This document shows positions 12,929 through 27,400 of a stretch of 64,000 nucleotides of DNA, one piece after another; the stretch's first letter is position 1; the number at the start of each line of letters is the position of its first letter. The stretch covers positions 129,952,001 to 130,016,000 of the forward strand of contig NC_042999.1 in NCBI RefSeq assembly GCF_006345805.1, read 5' to 3'. The notes below the pieces were generated by a model. It was given only the letters and a program-made list of their open reading frames with translations, was not told the DNA's origin and made no database searches. The stretch comes from Octopus sinensis. Its lineage: Eukaryota. A program made the position numbers and the translations under genes.

Positions 12929-15900
12929 ATATTGTCTTTTTTTGAAGCCTGTGTTGCATTGTGTTGACAGACTTGCACTTAAAATTCTTGCATTTTTAAT
13001 CAAAACTTGTTAGTTACTATGGTGACAACACTACCTATTTATCTATCTTTTACACTCTCTTTCACTGTATTTCTTTCTCAAAAACAACTTGTTCTCTCTG
13101 ACTTCCCTCTCTCTACACAGATATTGTTACAGACAGATAGATGGAGATCAGATTCTCTTTTATAATATAAAATTGTAGTGTGTTTATCAGTGCAAAAACA
13201 ACATTGGATTCCCATTTTATCAAACATTACTAAATAGAGAGGAAAAGAATGAGGCAATAAAGCTGTATATTTGTTCAGTGGTTATGCCAACATCAATGGA
13301 ATTACTGCCTTTCTCCAACATCATTGACTCAAGTCAGTTTTTCCAAGCAAGCACCAGCTTGGTGAATCTTAAAATTCTTCTCAATCCTCAGTCAGCACTC
13401 AAACAGCACACTTGCAGGTTTTCTCAACCTTCAACTTTGTCCTCTATAATTCAGTCACTTTACATTTTTTTCATCCAATATGTATTTTTCATTCACAAAA
13501 TATGTCTATACCACTTTGGTTTAGTAGTTGATGCTTTAGACATTCAAATATTTATCTGTTCTGTAAAGCCAAAATTTTCTCTCTCATCAGACCATATTCA
13601 ACACATTCCTTTCCCAATCACTGCACAGTAGAATTTTAATAATTGAGTATGCTTATAAGATCTGAATAGAAATATTCTGCAGGTTTCTCGTGGCCTGTAG
13701 TTAAAATCTGGCCTTTTTAAGTTCCTTGCAGCTTTCCAACATTACTATAAGTCTTGTATATCATATAAGTCTGTCATTCACATTTCACTGCTGTGCAATA
13801 TCACACTTAATAAATGCATTACATAGTCTGCATTTATAAAGAAATCTTTGTTGCTAAGAGTCAAAAGTAGTTCCTTTAAACTTCTGGCTGCCTCAAACCC
13901 TGCCACTATGCTACATCTAACATCAATCACTCAGGAAATTAAATTTACTGACTGCTTGTAGTGAGTCTATAGCAAAAAAAATCTTAAAGGAAGGGAACAA
14001 ACATATAATAATAGTATGAAGCTAGTCAAACTAACTACCATGAACTAATAACTATAACTCCGGGCTCAATTAGTGCAAGAATATCCTATTAACCCTTTAG
14101 TGTTCAGATTACTCTGTTAAATGTAATATTTTTTTACTCAGATCGTTTTGAATTAATCATGCATTATCTTATAGCTTTGAGGTTTCAATGATGTGATTGT
14201 TTATATTTATGTCAATGTAGGTTAGGTGTGAGAGGCTAGATATCGCCAGTTTGAATATAAAACATATAGAATATTTGGGCCGGATATGGCTGGTTTAAAC
14301 ACTAAAGTGTTAAAGACAATCTGTTCTATTTCAGCCAAGGGGTATTAATAGGTCATTGAATATTTTGAATGAGTAGTAACTATTATGATTTCTCAAGAAA
14401 AATCTATGACAAATAGTTGCTAATTAAAAGAACTTCTTTTAAGACAAATTTTCATTCACATACCATTCTGAAAGTTAGTCTCAATCATTTCAAAATACAG
14501 TGCAGTTTAAAATGAAATTTATATTGCATGCAAGCTACTCAATACATATGCATACGTCAGGTACACACATGTATAACTTTGTTTTAAGTTTATTCAACTA
14601 CAAACAGAAGAGAATTTTAAGTTACTGAATAAAGAGAACAGAAATATCACTCTACCTTTTGTAAGACAGCACATTTTTCACACTGACAAAGTGGATGGCA
14701 GAGATTTTCAATACCCATTGCAGAATCCAAACTCTGCTGTGTCTTTAGTTTATTTTCAGAATCACTTGACAACCCGAGGTAGAAACGAACCTGAAGAGAA
14801 AGGTAATTCTTAGTAATTATATAAAACAAACAAAACTAAGAAATTTTGTAGATCATTAATAAAATCTCTAATACAAATATTGATTTCTTTCTTTATATAA
14901 AATCAATTTTTGCAGAGGAGCAGTACAATCAACTGAAACCATATAAGAAAAAAAAGAGATGACAAAGGAATAATTCTTTATCTCTTTTTTCTTACCACTC
15001 TGTACTCAACTAATGTCATTCAGAAGCATGCATCTATTGAGTTCTACATCAGGTTATTAATATCACAATGCCTAAGCGAAATATTAAAATGCGAAAATGA
15101 AAATCAAATCCAGCAAGAGTCTTACCAACTGCACATCATGGTTTTTAATAGCCTTGAATAATTTTTCCTGTTGTCTATATTTAGAATTGACAGTAGTCTG
15201 AGACTGTTCAACGTACAAATTTGAACTGGAAACAGAGGATGTAGCTATAGAAGATGAATATAATGGCACAGTCTTACGTTCTGGAGAATACTGCAAAGGA
15301 AACAAAAATAAAAGTATATAATGATTTGAAACAAGAGAAAACTTTGTGACAAACTAATACAGGATATTTATCATATCAAAACACAGAATCACTGTTTGAA
15401 TATACAAAAATGTGTAACTAGCTTTTTGTTAAAAGAAAGTTTCGATTCTATAGACAGAAATACAAACACACACACACGCATATATAATGAGTTTCTTCCT
15501 TGTTAGTTGAACACTTTTTTTTCTTCATGGAATATGTTTATTTCAGCAAAGTTTTAAATAATATAACAATGTAAACTTATTGAACTTGAGAGGCACTATC
15601 ATCATGTGAACAGTCAGTAATTTTGAGCATTTGGACTTTATAAAAATTAAACATATATTTTGTTTAATTTTATTTTTGTCTTTACATCTGTTTTTACTAT
15701 GTCAGCATGGGTTAGATAAGATTCCTTGGAGCAGTATTCTGTGGCAAGATGCTGTTCATGATGCCAACTCTTCATTGTTTCCATCTTAGATACTGTTGAA
15801 AAGTTGAAGTACATATTGTGTATGAGAGACATGATAAATGTCCTTGCAGCACAACTGTTGTCATTGTAAAAGCATAGGAAGCGGACACACACACATATGC

Positions 15901-18356
15901 ATCAATGCATATATATGTGGGTGTGTGCATATGCATGTGTATGTAAATGTGTGTCAATGTCTATATGTATATATGAATGCATGCATGTATATATAGAGAT
16001 GTGGGTACGAGACACATTAAGCCTTCAGCTTTTCTTGAACTCAGGCAATGTTTCTAGTATCCATTTTTGCTTTGTGTTGCTTGTCGATATCTTAGGACAT
16101 TCTGAGCAATCTCATATGCCTCAAAATTATCACTAATCAATTTATGGTAAGTTACATAGGTGAATCTTTTTGAAACACTCACCTTAACTCTCTTTACAAT
16201 TGGATTGTTACCCAGTAGCACTAGTATTGATACTAGAATCCAGTTTGAATAAATTTCCTTTGTTTAGATCTTGTTATTTCTAATTGGTTAAATTTGAAAA
16301 GAAATGAAGATTGAGTTGTCAGCTGTGGTATAGACATATGCATACTTTTTTTGAGTCACCCTGTATAATATATATATATATATATGGAAGTTTATATTTA
16401 GATACATACTGTGGGGGACAAAAGAGTTTGCAGACCTATTTTTTCTCAATTTCTTTATTAATTTTGCTTTTTTTTTTAGTTTCACCTCTTCCATCATTTG
16501 CTGGTTGCCATTCTGTTTTTTTTCATTACTACATTTTTAGAAAAAACCCAGAATTTAATAATTGTTAAACATTTTCCTCTTTTCAGGTGAGCCAAAAGTT
16601 TATGCAGGTAACATAAATTTATTAATAATGGCTAAAGGAAAGATGTTGACAGATAGCGAGAAGGGTGAAATTGTTAAATTACTTGCTGCAAAGAAGTCTA
16701 CAATAGAAATTTCAAAAATTTTGAAACGAGATCATCGAACTGTGAAACGTTTCGTCATTGACGGCAAAGATGGAAGAAAAAAAGCACAAAAGTGGCAGAC
16801 CAAAGGTGACTTCACCACGAGATTTTAGAAAAATCAAGAGGAGTGTGCTAGCAAACCCACACAGCACAAGCAAAGCTATTTTCGACCATGCAGGAGTGTC
16901 TGACATCTCTAAAAGGACCCGAAATCGGATTTTGAAACAAATAGACGACCAGAGAACACCGACAAAATGTCCTCCTTTGAGTGATATCAACTGTCAGAAG
17001 CGACTAGCATGGGCCACTAAATATTTGAAAACCAATTTTCAAAATGTTCTCTGGACTGACGAGGCTAGAGCAACCCTCGACGGTCCCGACGGTTGGACCA
17101 AGGGATGGCTTCTTAAAGGCAATAGCCCACGCTTGCGATTCAGACGTCAACAGGGAGGAGGGAAAGTGATGATTTGGGCTGGGATTATTGGAAGTGAGAT
17201 TGTTGGTCCTTTTCTTGTCCCTGAAGGTGTCAAAATGAATTCTGTGAACTACTGCGAGTTTTTGGAAGAGAATTTATTGCCTTGGTTGAATTCACAAAAT
17301 GATGCTGTCAACCAGAATCTCATTATTCAACAAGACAATGCCCCAAGCCATGCTTCTCGGTTCACAAAAGCTTGGCTTTCAGACCAGGGGATCTCTGGTG
17401 AACGTCTGATGGACTGGCCACCTCAGAGCTCGGATTTGAATCCGATAGAGAACCTCTGGTCGATTCTGAAGAGGAAGGTTTACGAAAACGGCCATCAATT
17501 CAACAGTAAAAAAGATATTTGGGAGAGGATCAAGGAGGTATCTTCTGAAATCACACCTCAACAAGTGCATAAATTAACATCCTCTGTTGATAGGAGGCTG
17601 ATGGATTTGATTAAGAATGGAGGAAAGCGTATAAAGGGTTAAATTGTTTTATAAATTTGTATTGTTTTGTTAATTGTTATTTGAGCAATAATTGTTGTTT
17701 TCTTGTAATATGTTATCAATATATGGTACTATTATCATAATGACACAATGTTTCAAATTATATTATGTTTAAAAATGTTATTTATTTCGAATAAATGAGT
17801 CTTGCAAACTCTTTAGGCCCATATTTCTTCCTGAATTTTTTTAAAAATCCATATTTTCCCCCCAGAATATGATTATTTGGTTTCCGTCTCTAGGAATTTA
17901 CTTTATATATTTGCATATCGAACAATGAGTAACATAGTTATTATATTGGAAAATATTGAAGCATAAATTTATCAATATATACAATTTACAAACACTTTTG
18001 ACCCCCACAGTATGTGTGTGTGTGTATATATATATGGCAGTTTATATGTATGTATATATGTGTGTGTACATATGTTTGTATGTGTGTAAATATATATATA
18101 TATATATAAGCACCAACCGATCGTGGCCGATGCCAGACCCCCCCTGGCACCTGTGCAGGTGGCACGTAAAAAGCACCCACTACACTCGCGGAGTGGTTGG
18201 CGTTAGGAAGGGCATCCAGCTGTAGAAACACTGCCAGATCAGACTGGAGCCTGGTGCAGCCCTGGCTTCCCAGACCCCGGTCGAACTGTCCAACCCGTGC
18301 TAGCGCGGAAAACGGACGTTAAACAATGATGATGATGATGATATATATATATATAT

Positions 18357-18404
<48 letters not shown>

Positions 18405-21400
18405 TTTTCTGCATACACATGATCAGTTACAAAGGAGCTTTCCATAAAGAAAGGTACAAATTTTACTTACTCGGCCTGCATAATAACTCTGCCTCATTTC
18501 ATCTGTCGGGGCACATAACAATAATTGCTGGATATGAGTATTGTGGGCACAATTCATGGGGAATTGCTTTTTCCTGTTACGAATGTCTGTGCGAGCATTA
18601 TTTTCTATTAGAGTTTCCACAATGTTCTCTGAAAGAAATTAAAAACCCCAAAAACACCACAATTATAAAATGGACAAGTCAAATCATCAAAGAGCATGAG
18701 AAAATCCCCCAATGAAAATACAACAATCTAGCAATAACATCATGAAGATATCCTCACTATAGATCTCAAGTAAACACCCTTGTACTACATTCACAGTATG
18801 CAGGGACATTCAGCTGAAACTGTCAAAATAACATCAAATCAAATGATTTCTGATGGCAGCCTCATATATAGTACTACAGCACAAACATTTGGTTTCTCTT
18901 GAAGGTTACAAAATACCTCAGCAATGATTAACTGTTGAGTCTACAAAGCTAAAGTACAATCCCATGAAAATACTGCATACATTTTGGATGGTAGTGTTAC
19001 TATAGTCACATCTAACACTTGGTAAAACTCATTCACCAGTATGCTATTACCACTAAACTATGGATATGCCGTTGTGTCTGGGAAGAGTCATTCTCTTTTG
19101 GTGCCTTATAATTTAACACACTCACCAGTAAAATTTCCACTTATTTCTTTTTTATATAAGAAAAAACAGCAACATATTTGTGCAGGTATGGTTGTGTCAT
19201 TAAAAATTTTGCTTCAGAAACACGTGGTTTCAAGTTCGTACCACAACGTGGCACCGTGTCTTCCATTTATATAAAACTAATATATCTTTTGTTGTGTCTG
19301 GGGAGAGTCATTCTCTTTTAGTGTCTTATAATTTAACACACTCACCATTAAAATTTCCATTTATTTCTTTATATTTTTCTAAAATTTTCGTTGTCTTGCA
19401 ACAGAAATTTTAGAAAAATAAAAAAAGAAATGTGGAAATTTTACTGGTGAGTGTGTTAAATTATAAGGCACCAAAAGAGAATGACTCTCCCCAGACACAA
19501 CAGAATATGCTTCAACACAAACTCACATAAAGAATCTTGCAAACCAAATCCAAAAACAAAATATGGATATGTTTCTTTCACCTTATCTTTTCTCCCACTA
19601 TTACAACAGATTCTTAGCTAGTAAGTTATATACCACATCTGCTCTAGATCACCAAGTGCACATACTTCATCACCTCTTATGATTTCTGCAGGCCTTACAC
19701 CAAATACTTTGCTCAATTATTTCTCTGGAGCAGTATAAAAAGCACTGGTGCTACATAAAAAGTACTCAGTACATTCTGTAAAGTGGTTGGCATTAGGAAG
19801 GACATCAAGCTGTAGAAACCAGGCCAAAACAGAATATGCTGGCATGGAAAACATGTTATATGTTGATGATGATTTTTGCAGCTATATAGAACTGCCTATC
19901 TCTATACACTTTCAAATATTTCAAGAGACCAAAACTATGTTAATACCAGCAGCCTATGAGCTAAAAGTCCAAGGGCTCTGACCCCAGCTTTTATTTAAAA
20001 ATTATCACCACCATTGTTAATTTGATATTCACTTTTCTGTCTTTGTGTTCTGAGTTCAAATTCCGCCAAGGTCAACTTTGTGTTTCATCCTATCGGGGTT
20101 GATCTAATCGACTGGCCCCCTCCCCCAAAATTTCAGGCCTTGTACCTAGAGTAGAAAAGAATATTTGTCTCTCATCAGATGGAGTACTCTTTTTAAGGCG
20201 GCAAGCTAGCAGAAACGTTAGCACGCATGGCAAAATGCTTAGTGGTATTTCGTCTGTCTTTACGTTCTGAGTTCAAATTCTGCCGAGGTCGACTTTGCCT
20301 TTCATCCTTTCAGGGTTGATAAATTAAGTACCACTTGCGTACTGGTGCTGATCTAATTGACTGGCCCCCTCCCCCAAAATTGTGCCTAGAGTAAAAAAGA
20401 ATATTCACTTTCCCATACTTGCAATGGCTCAGAAAGATTTTCTATGGCTAGATAGGTAATAATATGCTATATGGCAAACGCATTCAACAAATATTTATTT
20501 CTTTATTGCCCACAGGGGCTAAACATAGAGGGGACAAACAAGGACAGACAAAGGGATTAAGTTGATTATATCAACCCCAGTGCCTAAGTAGTACTTATTT
20601 AATTGACCCCGAAAGGATGAAAGGCAAAGTCGACCTTGGTGGAATTTGAACTCAGAATGTAAAGACAGACAAAATACTGCTAAGCATTTCGTCCGGCATG
20701 CTAACGTTTCTGCCAACACACCACCTTACATTCAGCAAATATTACCATAAGAAAAGTATTGTTAAAACAAGAATAATGATAATAACTATAAATTTTATAA
20801 AATATGTGAATCTTACCATATCCCCATTTGGCAGCTAAATGCAATGCAGTATCTCCAGCATCATTTACAGCATCAATATTCAATTTACCATTACCACAGT
20901 CACTGAAAACAAGAGCTTTCACACACTGGATAAAAGAAGGATAAAAACAAAGTTATTAGCACCAATGATAGCAGAGAATGTTAAATAACAAGCAAGTTAT
21001 AAGGCATGCCGGATGTTATACATCATCATCATCATCATTTAATGCCTGCTTTCCATACTGGCATGGGTGGACAGTTTCACTGAGGGCTAGCAAGCCAGAA
21101 GGCTGCACTAGTTTCCAATCTAATCTGGCAAAGTTTCTATAGCTGGATGCCCTTCTTAACGTGGGTGCTTTTACGTGCCACTGGCATGAAGGCCAGTCAG
21201 GTAGTACTGGCATCGGCCACACTCAAGTGGTGCTTTTTTAGGTGCCACCTGCACAGGAGCCAATCTGGCGGCACTGACAACGACCATGCTCAAATGCTGC
21301 TTTTTTTATGTGCCACCAGCATGGGAGCCAGTCAGCGGCCCTGGCATTGATCACGCTTTTAACATTCCACTAGCATGGGTGCCAATCAGGCAGTACTGTC

Positions 21401-24400
21401 ATCAGCCATGACAGCGATTTCACTTGCCTCAACAGGTCTTAGCAAGCATAGTTTATTGTCCAAGGATTGAAGGGTACACTTAAGTGGGCTGGTTATACAG
21501 CACTGGCATAGGCCACAGTTACAGTCTCACTTGGCCTACTGGGTCTTCTCAAGCACAGCATATCTCCAAAGGTTTCGGTCACTTGTCATTGCCTCAGTGA
21601 GACCCAATGTTCGAAGGTTGTGCTTCACCACCTCATCCCAGGTTTTCCTGGGTCTACCTCTTCTACAGGTTCCCTCAACTGCTGTCCTCATCCATTCACA
21701 ACACATGACCATACCAGCACAGTCATCTCTCTTGCACACCACATCTGATGCTTCTTAAGTCCAACTTTTCTGTCAGGGTGCTTACACACTGTCGTGTATG
21801 CACAGTGACATTACACACCCAGCGGAGCACACTGGCTTCATTCCTTGCAAGCTTACGTATGTCTTCAGCAATCACAGCCCATGTTTCACTGCCATGTAGC
21901 ATAGCTGTTCACAAACATGCATCATACAGTCTACCTTTTACTCTGAGTGAGAGGCCCTTTGTTACCAGCAGAGGTAGGAGCTCTATGAACTTTGCCCAGG
22001 CTATCCTTACTCTAGCAGCTACACTTTCAGAGCATCCACCCACCATGACTGACTTGGTCACCTAGGTAACAGAAGCTATGAACTACTTGTAATTTTTCCC
22101 CCAGGAATGTGACGGAGGCTGTTCTCTGCATGTTTTCAGTGTTTATTGCTCCTGAGCATTTGCCACACACAAAAGCTATCTTCCCTGTTAGCCTTCCTTG
22201 ATATTGCTTCACCTCTTATGTGTCCGTAGCTTACACTGGGTATATCTTATGGAGTTTCTACCTACACCTTTTCTATAGAGCAAGCAGGGCTGTCTACCTG
22301 AAGGGATTTGTGGTTTGTCTATCTTCCTACTTATTAAGACTTTGGTTTTTGCTAGGTTGACTCTAAGGCCCTTCAGTTCTAATCCTTGCTTTCACACCTG
22401 AAACTTCTCTAGTTATGATAGTGACTCAGCAATTAGAGCAAGGTCATCAGCACAGAGAAGCTTCCAGGGGCATCCTGTCTTGAATTCCTCTGTTATTGCC
22501 TGGAGGACTATGATGAATAAGAGGGAGCTGAGGACTGATCCTTGGTGGACCCCACCCCTACCCAGAATTCTTCACTGTACTCGTCGCCAACCCTCACCCT
22601 ACTGACAGCATCCCTGTACATGGCTTGAACAGCTCTCACTAACCATTCATCTATCCCTAGTTTCCTCAATGACCATCAGATAAGGGATCGGGGGACCCTG
22701 TCAAAGGATTTCTCCATATCAACAAAAGCCAAGTGCAGAGGTTTATCTTTGGCTAGGTATTTCTCCAGCAGCTGTCTTACCAGAAATATAGCATCAGTGG
22801 TGCTTTTCCCTAATGTGTGAAAGCTTAAAAATAAATAAAGATCTGAGAAATAGTGAAGTGAAGTGAATAAGCTGAAGAACCAGGAATACAACTGTTGGAA
22901 TATAAGACACAATTTCTGATGCAGGTGTAGTAACATAATAGAAGTTGAAAGAGTGAGGTGTCGATAGTTGTAGGTAAGTATAAAGACAGGTCACTGAACA
23001 CTATGGACATTTTTAGTTATAGATGAAGGATGATAATGATGAATATTGATGATCATAAAAGTAAAGGTCTTAGCGATATTGGGCTCAAAAGATTTATAAT
23101 GTAGTGACAATGAAAACAGCAACGTTTTAACAAATAGTTGTCTAGATTAAGAAAAATGAACTCACTTCCTCATGTCCATTGGCAGCACAAGAATGCAAAG
23201 GTGTGTTGCCATCATTGTCTGTTAAATGCAGGTTACACCCAAAATGAACCAGAAGCAACTATAAAAAGATATTACAAATACAAAATTGAGAAAAATGCCT
23301 CCAAATATGCAATTACAAAAACACACAGAAATATGCAAGGACACACATACATATACACATAAGCAAGCAAAAACATGCTTTAATGGCTTGGTGTCTGTTT
23401 TTCAAGTTAGCCTAACTTTTAGTTATTTTATATATCTGAAGTGTCAGACTAAGTCCCATCTTCCCCCAAAGCTGGAAAATAATGTCATTGACTGAGCCAG
23501 ACATTGAACCTATAAACTTTAGCTAAATATTTATATGGATAAAAAAAAATACAACATTTATATCACACTGGAAAACTTGATATATTTATTAGTTAGTCAA
23601 TTAATAGAAGAGAAACAAAAAAAACATACAGCTACACTCTGGAATCCTTTTTGACAAGCAAGGTGCATGGGGGTCAGTCCCATATAGTCTGTTGCATCAA
23701 CTGATGCACCATGGTATACCAAAATGTCGATCAATTCTGCATGGCCAGCCGCAGCAGCAACATGGAGAGCTAAACAACAAGACAATAATAGGATATTTTA
23801 AAGAGGTGTCACAGAAGTATCAAAGTGAAAAACAAACTATATATGTTATGTCATCAGGTTAAGCATTTATAGGGGTACTGTTAAATGATTTGATCAAGGA
23901 CATTTCTAAAACCTAATATTTTCAACCCTGAGGGCTGAAAGGTAAATAATCAGATTTATACTTGGAAATCTGAAAAATAAAAACTACTAGAAATAATTAT
24001 TCATTCCAACTTTTTCTTCCAGTGTCTTCACTTCATTTTCATCTGTATATTCTTTAATCATCTTCGGATACCTTATATATATATGTACATACATACACTG
24101 TTTGTGTTGAAATTTAAAGTTTCAATGCTATCATCATGCTTAATATGGTCAAAAGCTTTGATAATTAAAGAACATTTCAGACAATGAAATTTTAATACTA
24201 TGAGATACTGTTCTAGTTTACTGAATATAACTTTTTTATATTTTTTTCTATCATTAATGATTCAGACACACTGAGAGGAAAACTGACCTTCTCAACAGTT
24301 CTTAAACTGATAGATACCAGGCCCCATTAAAAAAAAAAAGTGAAATTTTTTTTGTCCTCATTCCCTTTTTATTAATGAGACCAAAGAATATACATCCATA

Positions 24401-27400
24401 AAATTCTTCTTCCTTTGTTAGACAAGTTTTAAAATGCTTAAAACCATTTTAATCTTATTAAACATGATCATTTGTCTGCTACCTCTACAATCCTCTCAAA
24501 CTTCCCTAATGAGAAATACTGAACTATATATGGTTAATTTGAAACAAAATTTTGTTATTGCATTTATGACAAAAATAATGACATACAGAGACTAGTTCAA
24601 GTGGAATGAACAAGTGGTGTCTCAAGTAGGAAATTAACAACCATTTCTCCAGGAAAACGGCAGTTGTAGTTAATCACCTTTTTTCAGATGATGAGAACAC
24701 CCATGATGATACTTTAATGCAAAGAAGGTTTCTGCTCTCATGAAGGAGGGACCTGCTAATGTCAGCTTCAATATATCTGTAGTGTGCATCAGATGGCAGC
24801 AATGGCAATGGAGTTGATGTAGAGTTCTCTACTCAGACAAAAGATGGATCTTTGCGAATGAGAGTGAAATATGAATTTTTTGTTTAACTAGCTTCCATCT
24901 CCCACTGATGTTCTTTCCAATTTGATGTAGAACAGTGACTACACTATACATTTCAATGCAGTCAGTTACAATGCTCCCATTGCATAAGTGAAGCTGAAAA
25001 GCATCTGAGAGGGAAGTTTTGCTTTCCTTAATTTCCAAATACAGTGAAGACACTATATAAGACCTTCTTTATTAAAGTATCTGATTACAATACCACAAAA
25101 CCTTCTGTAGTGTGAACACTATTATGTCTGAATCTGTAAGGAAGGGTGATAAGTTAGTAGTTGGCAAAGTCAGAGAGGTTGTTCTTTTTCTAGGATTGTA
25201 TATCTATAAATCTGGGTAGAAAGAGAGAAAGAAAAATGAAGTTTTGTAAGAACAAAGACCTGCTTCACAACACATTGAGCATGGTAAAAAAATACCAAGA
25301 GAACCAGTCATTTTGTTGAGCTAAAATGACCAGAGAAGTTTACACACCTGCTTACTATGTTTGTAAGGTGATGAAGTGAATGGATAAGAGAGTTCAACAG
25401 AGTTTTTATTGAGTGAGTAACAAGTAGAAGTGGGGAGAAAATAGCAAGTACAGTGAATATATATGTAGGAGTACTTGGGCAGATAAAATAATTGTTTTAT
25501 AGTTTCTAGAGAGACACTAGAACACTTATTGCAATTTGGAAACTAAAAAGCTTGCAGACTGCACAATGCATCATGAGAATGGCTTTTTTAAAATTTTGCT
25601 TTCCTGGTCATCATGTAAGTATTTTGACAGTGGAATATTTCATAGATTGTTATGGTAGAGGATTCCTCCTCCTGGTGTTGTAGGCTGTCCTAACCTGTAC
25701 ATCAGCAGCACAGCTGCAACAGAGCTACTTAGATTTGCATCTGTGACAAGAATATAAAAATAAGGGTGGTTTCAGGTACCTGCTTAGCTTTTATAGATGT
25801 TTCCAATTGAGACATTACCATATCAAACCAGTTTGAATTTGTGAAAATAATCTTTTTTCTAAATCATAAACATATTTGTAATAATATTCATGTGAGATAT
25901 ATGACTGAATAAAAATCTATTGCAAAGAAATTAAACTTTTAATTTCAACACCTTGGACTCTAAACAGAAATTATTACATAGAGAGCAACTCTAACCAATT
26001 TTCAAACGGATTAACTGATTTAATATTTTCCAATAATTTAAATACACCAAATGTGTTAATCTGCTTCTGATAATATAACCAAAAGTATCATCTAGCTTTC
26101 CTGAAACAGAGGGACTAAAGTGTATATAACAAATAATTTTTGGTTTAATGAAATTAATCAGGTGTCTTTACCTGTATAACCTCTATCATCTCGAGTAGAT
26201 GGAGTGACTAAACTAGAGTCACGGCGAGTTTCTCTCATCAGAGTTTCACATTTATCACATGAACATAAAGGGTGACAGAGTTTGCGGCGGGCTTGGTCAG
26301 CCATTTCATTCTGTCGATTTAGAAAGACTTTCACGGCATTTTCATCTCCACCTTCTATATGCTGCAAAATTATTTTTTAGAGAAGAAAAAAATAGAAACA
26401 TTCAGTTTCAATGAGGAATTTTATATTTGTAAATGAACGGATAACAAAATGGTAGGACATACACACATATACACTAATACAGAACAATGACAATGAGTGC
26501 TCAACACTGCATTTGTGGATATTCTTTATTTGTGAATTAACAAGGCAACCAGTGGTTTCATGTGAAAAGATCTTCACAATTATTCAAGCATTCAAATTCA
26601 ATTATTACTTCTTATCCATAAGCCTCTTGAACAAATTCATAGCATTCATGTAGTAATCATTTTACTGTCTATGACAAACACTCATATACAATCACACATA
26701 GATTCTAGATATATATATACCATATTCATAGACTTATATTCATATAAATAATGAACCAACTGAGCCTAGTACACAAATACATCTACAGTGATTGGTTGGT
26801 ATACCTCCTACAAACCATACAGATATTATATAGGCAGAACAGGCTTAGCCACCCCCAGTAGACTTAGACTAATAATTCCCACAGTTTCTTTAAATTCTTC
26901 ATTACACCATGCAGTGATGTAGGTTCTTTTAGTTCACCTGCACAGGTGAACTGAACAAATATACAACAAATACAAAGGGTTTTACTCAGAGAAGAGGAAT
27001 TTTGCAAGATGAAGAAAATCCAAATCTAAACCTTATTACACACTTCTTTAGTAAGCAAGGATATTGTCTAGATGTTTGGTGACAACAAGTCTTCTCAAAT
27101 TTCAAGACTCCTTAAAATTCCTGCAGAATACAAGATGGTGCTTTTCTGCTGGCTGACAATATAAGTCTAAATTCTAATATTCTTTAGCCTTTTAGGCACC
27201 AGTTTGGGTGTTGTGCCAAGTACACCAATTACCACAGGAATATTATCACCTTTATCTTCCACAATTTCTTCATCTCTCAGCTAAGTCCTTATATTTCTCA
27301 ATTTCTTTGATCATGAATATTATTATTATTATTATTATTAAGGCGGTGAGCAGGCAGAATCATTAGCATGCCAAGCAAAATGCTTCGCAACATTTCGTCT

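Noticed and set aside
12740-13003. YIYIYI/HTHT ORFs from the ORF track (also 18326, 34789, 46727, 46824)
   Set aside because: Translations of (TA)n and (CA)n microsatellites.
13230-13960. Coding-like stretch, possibly a decayed DNA transposase (similar impression at 24560-25650)
   Set aside because: Too many stops and no motif I could assign with confidence.
16770-16790. A_AAA_AAG as a programmed -1 frameshift in the transposase
   Set aside because: The required shift is +1, so a homopolymer indel (mutation or assembly error) is simpler.
26931-26952. 10-bp palindrome AGTTCACCTG-CA-CAGGTGAACT
   Set aside because: Isolated and short, with no supporting context.
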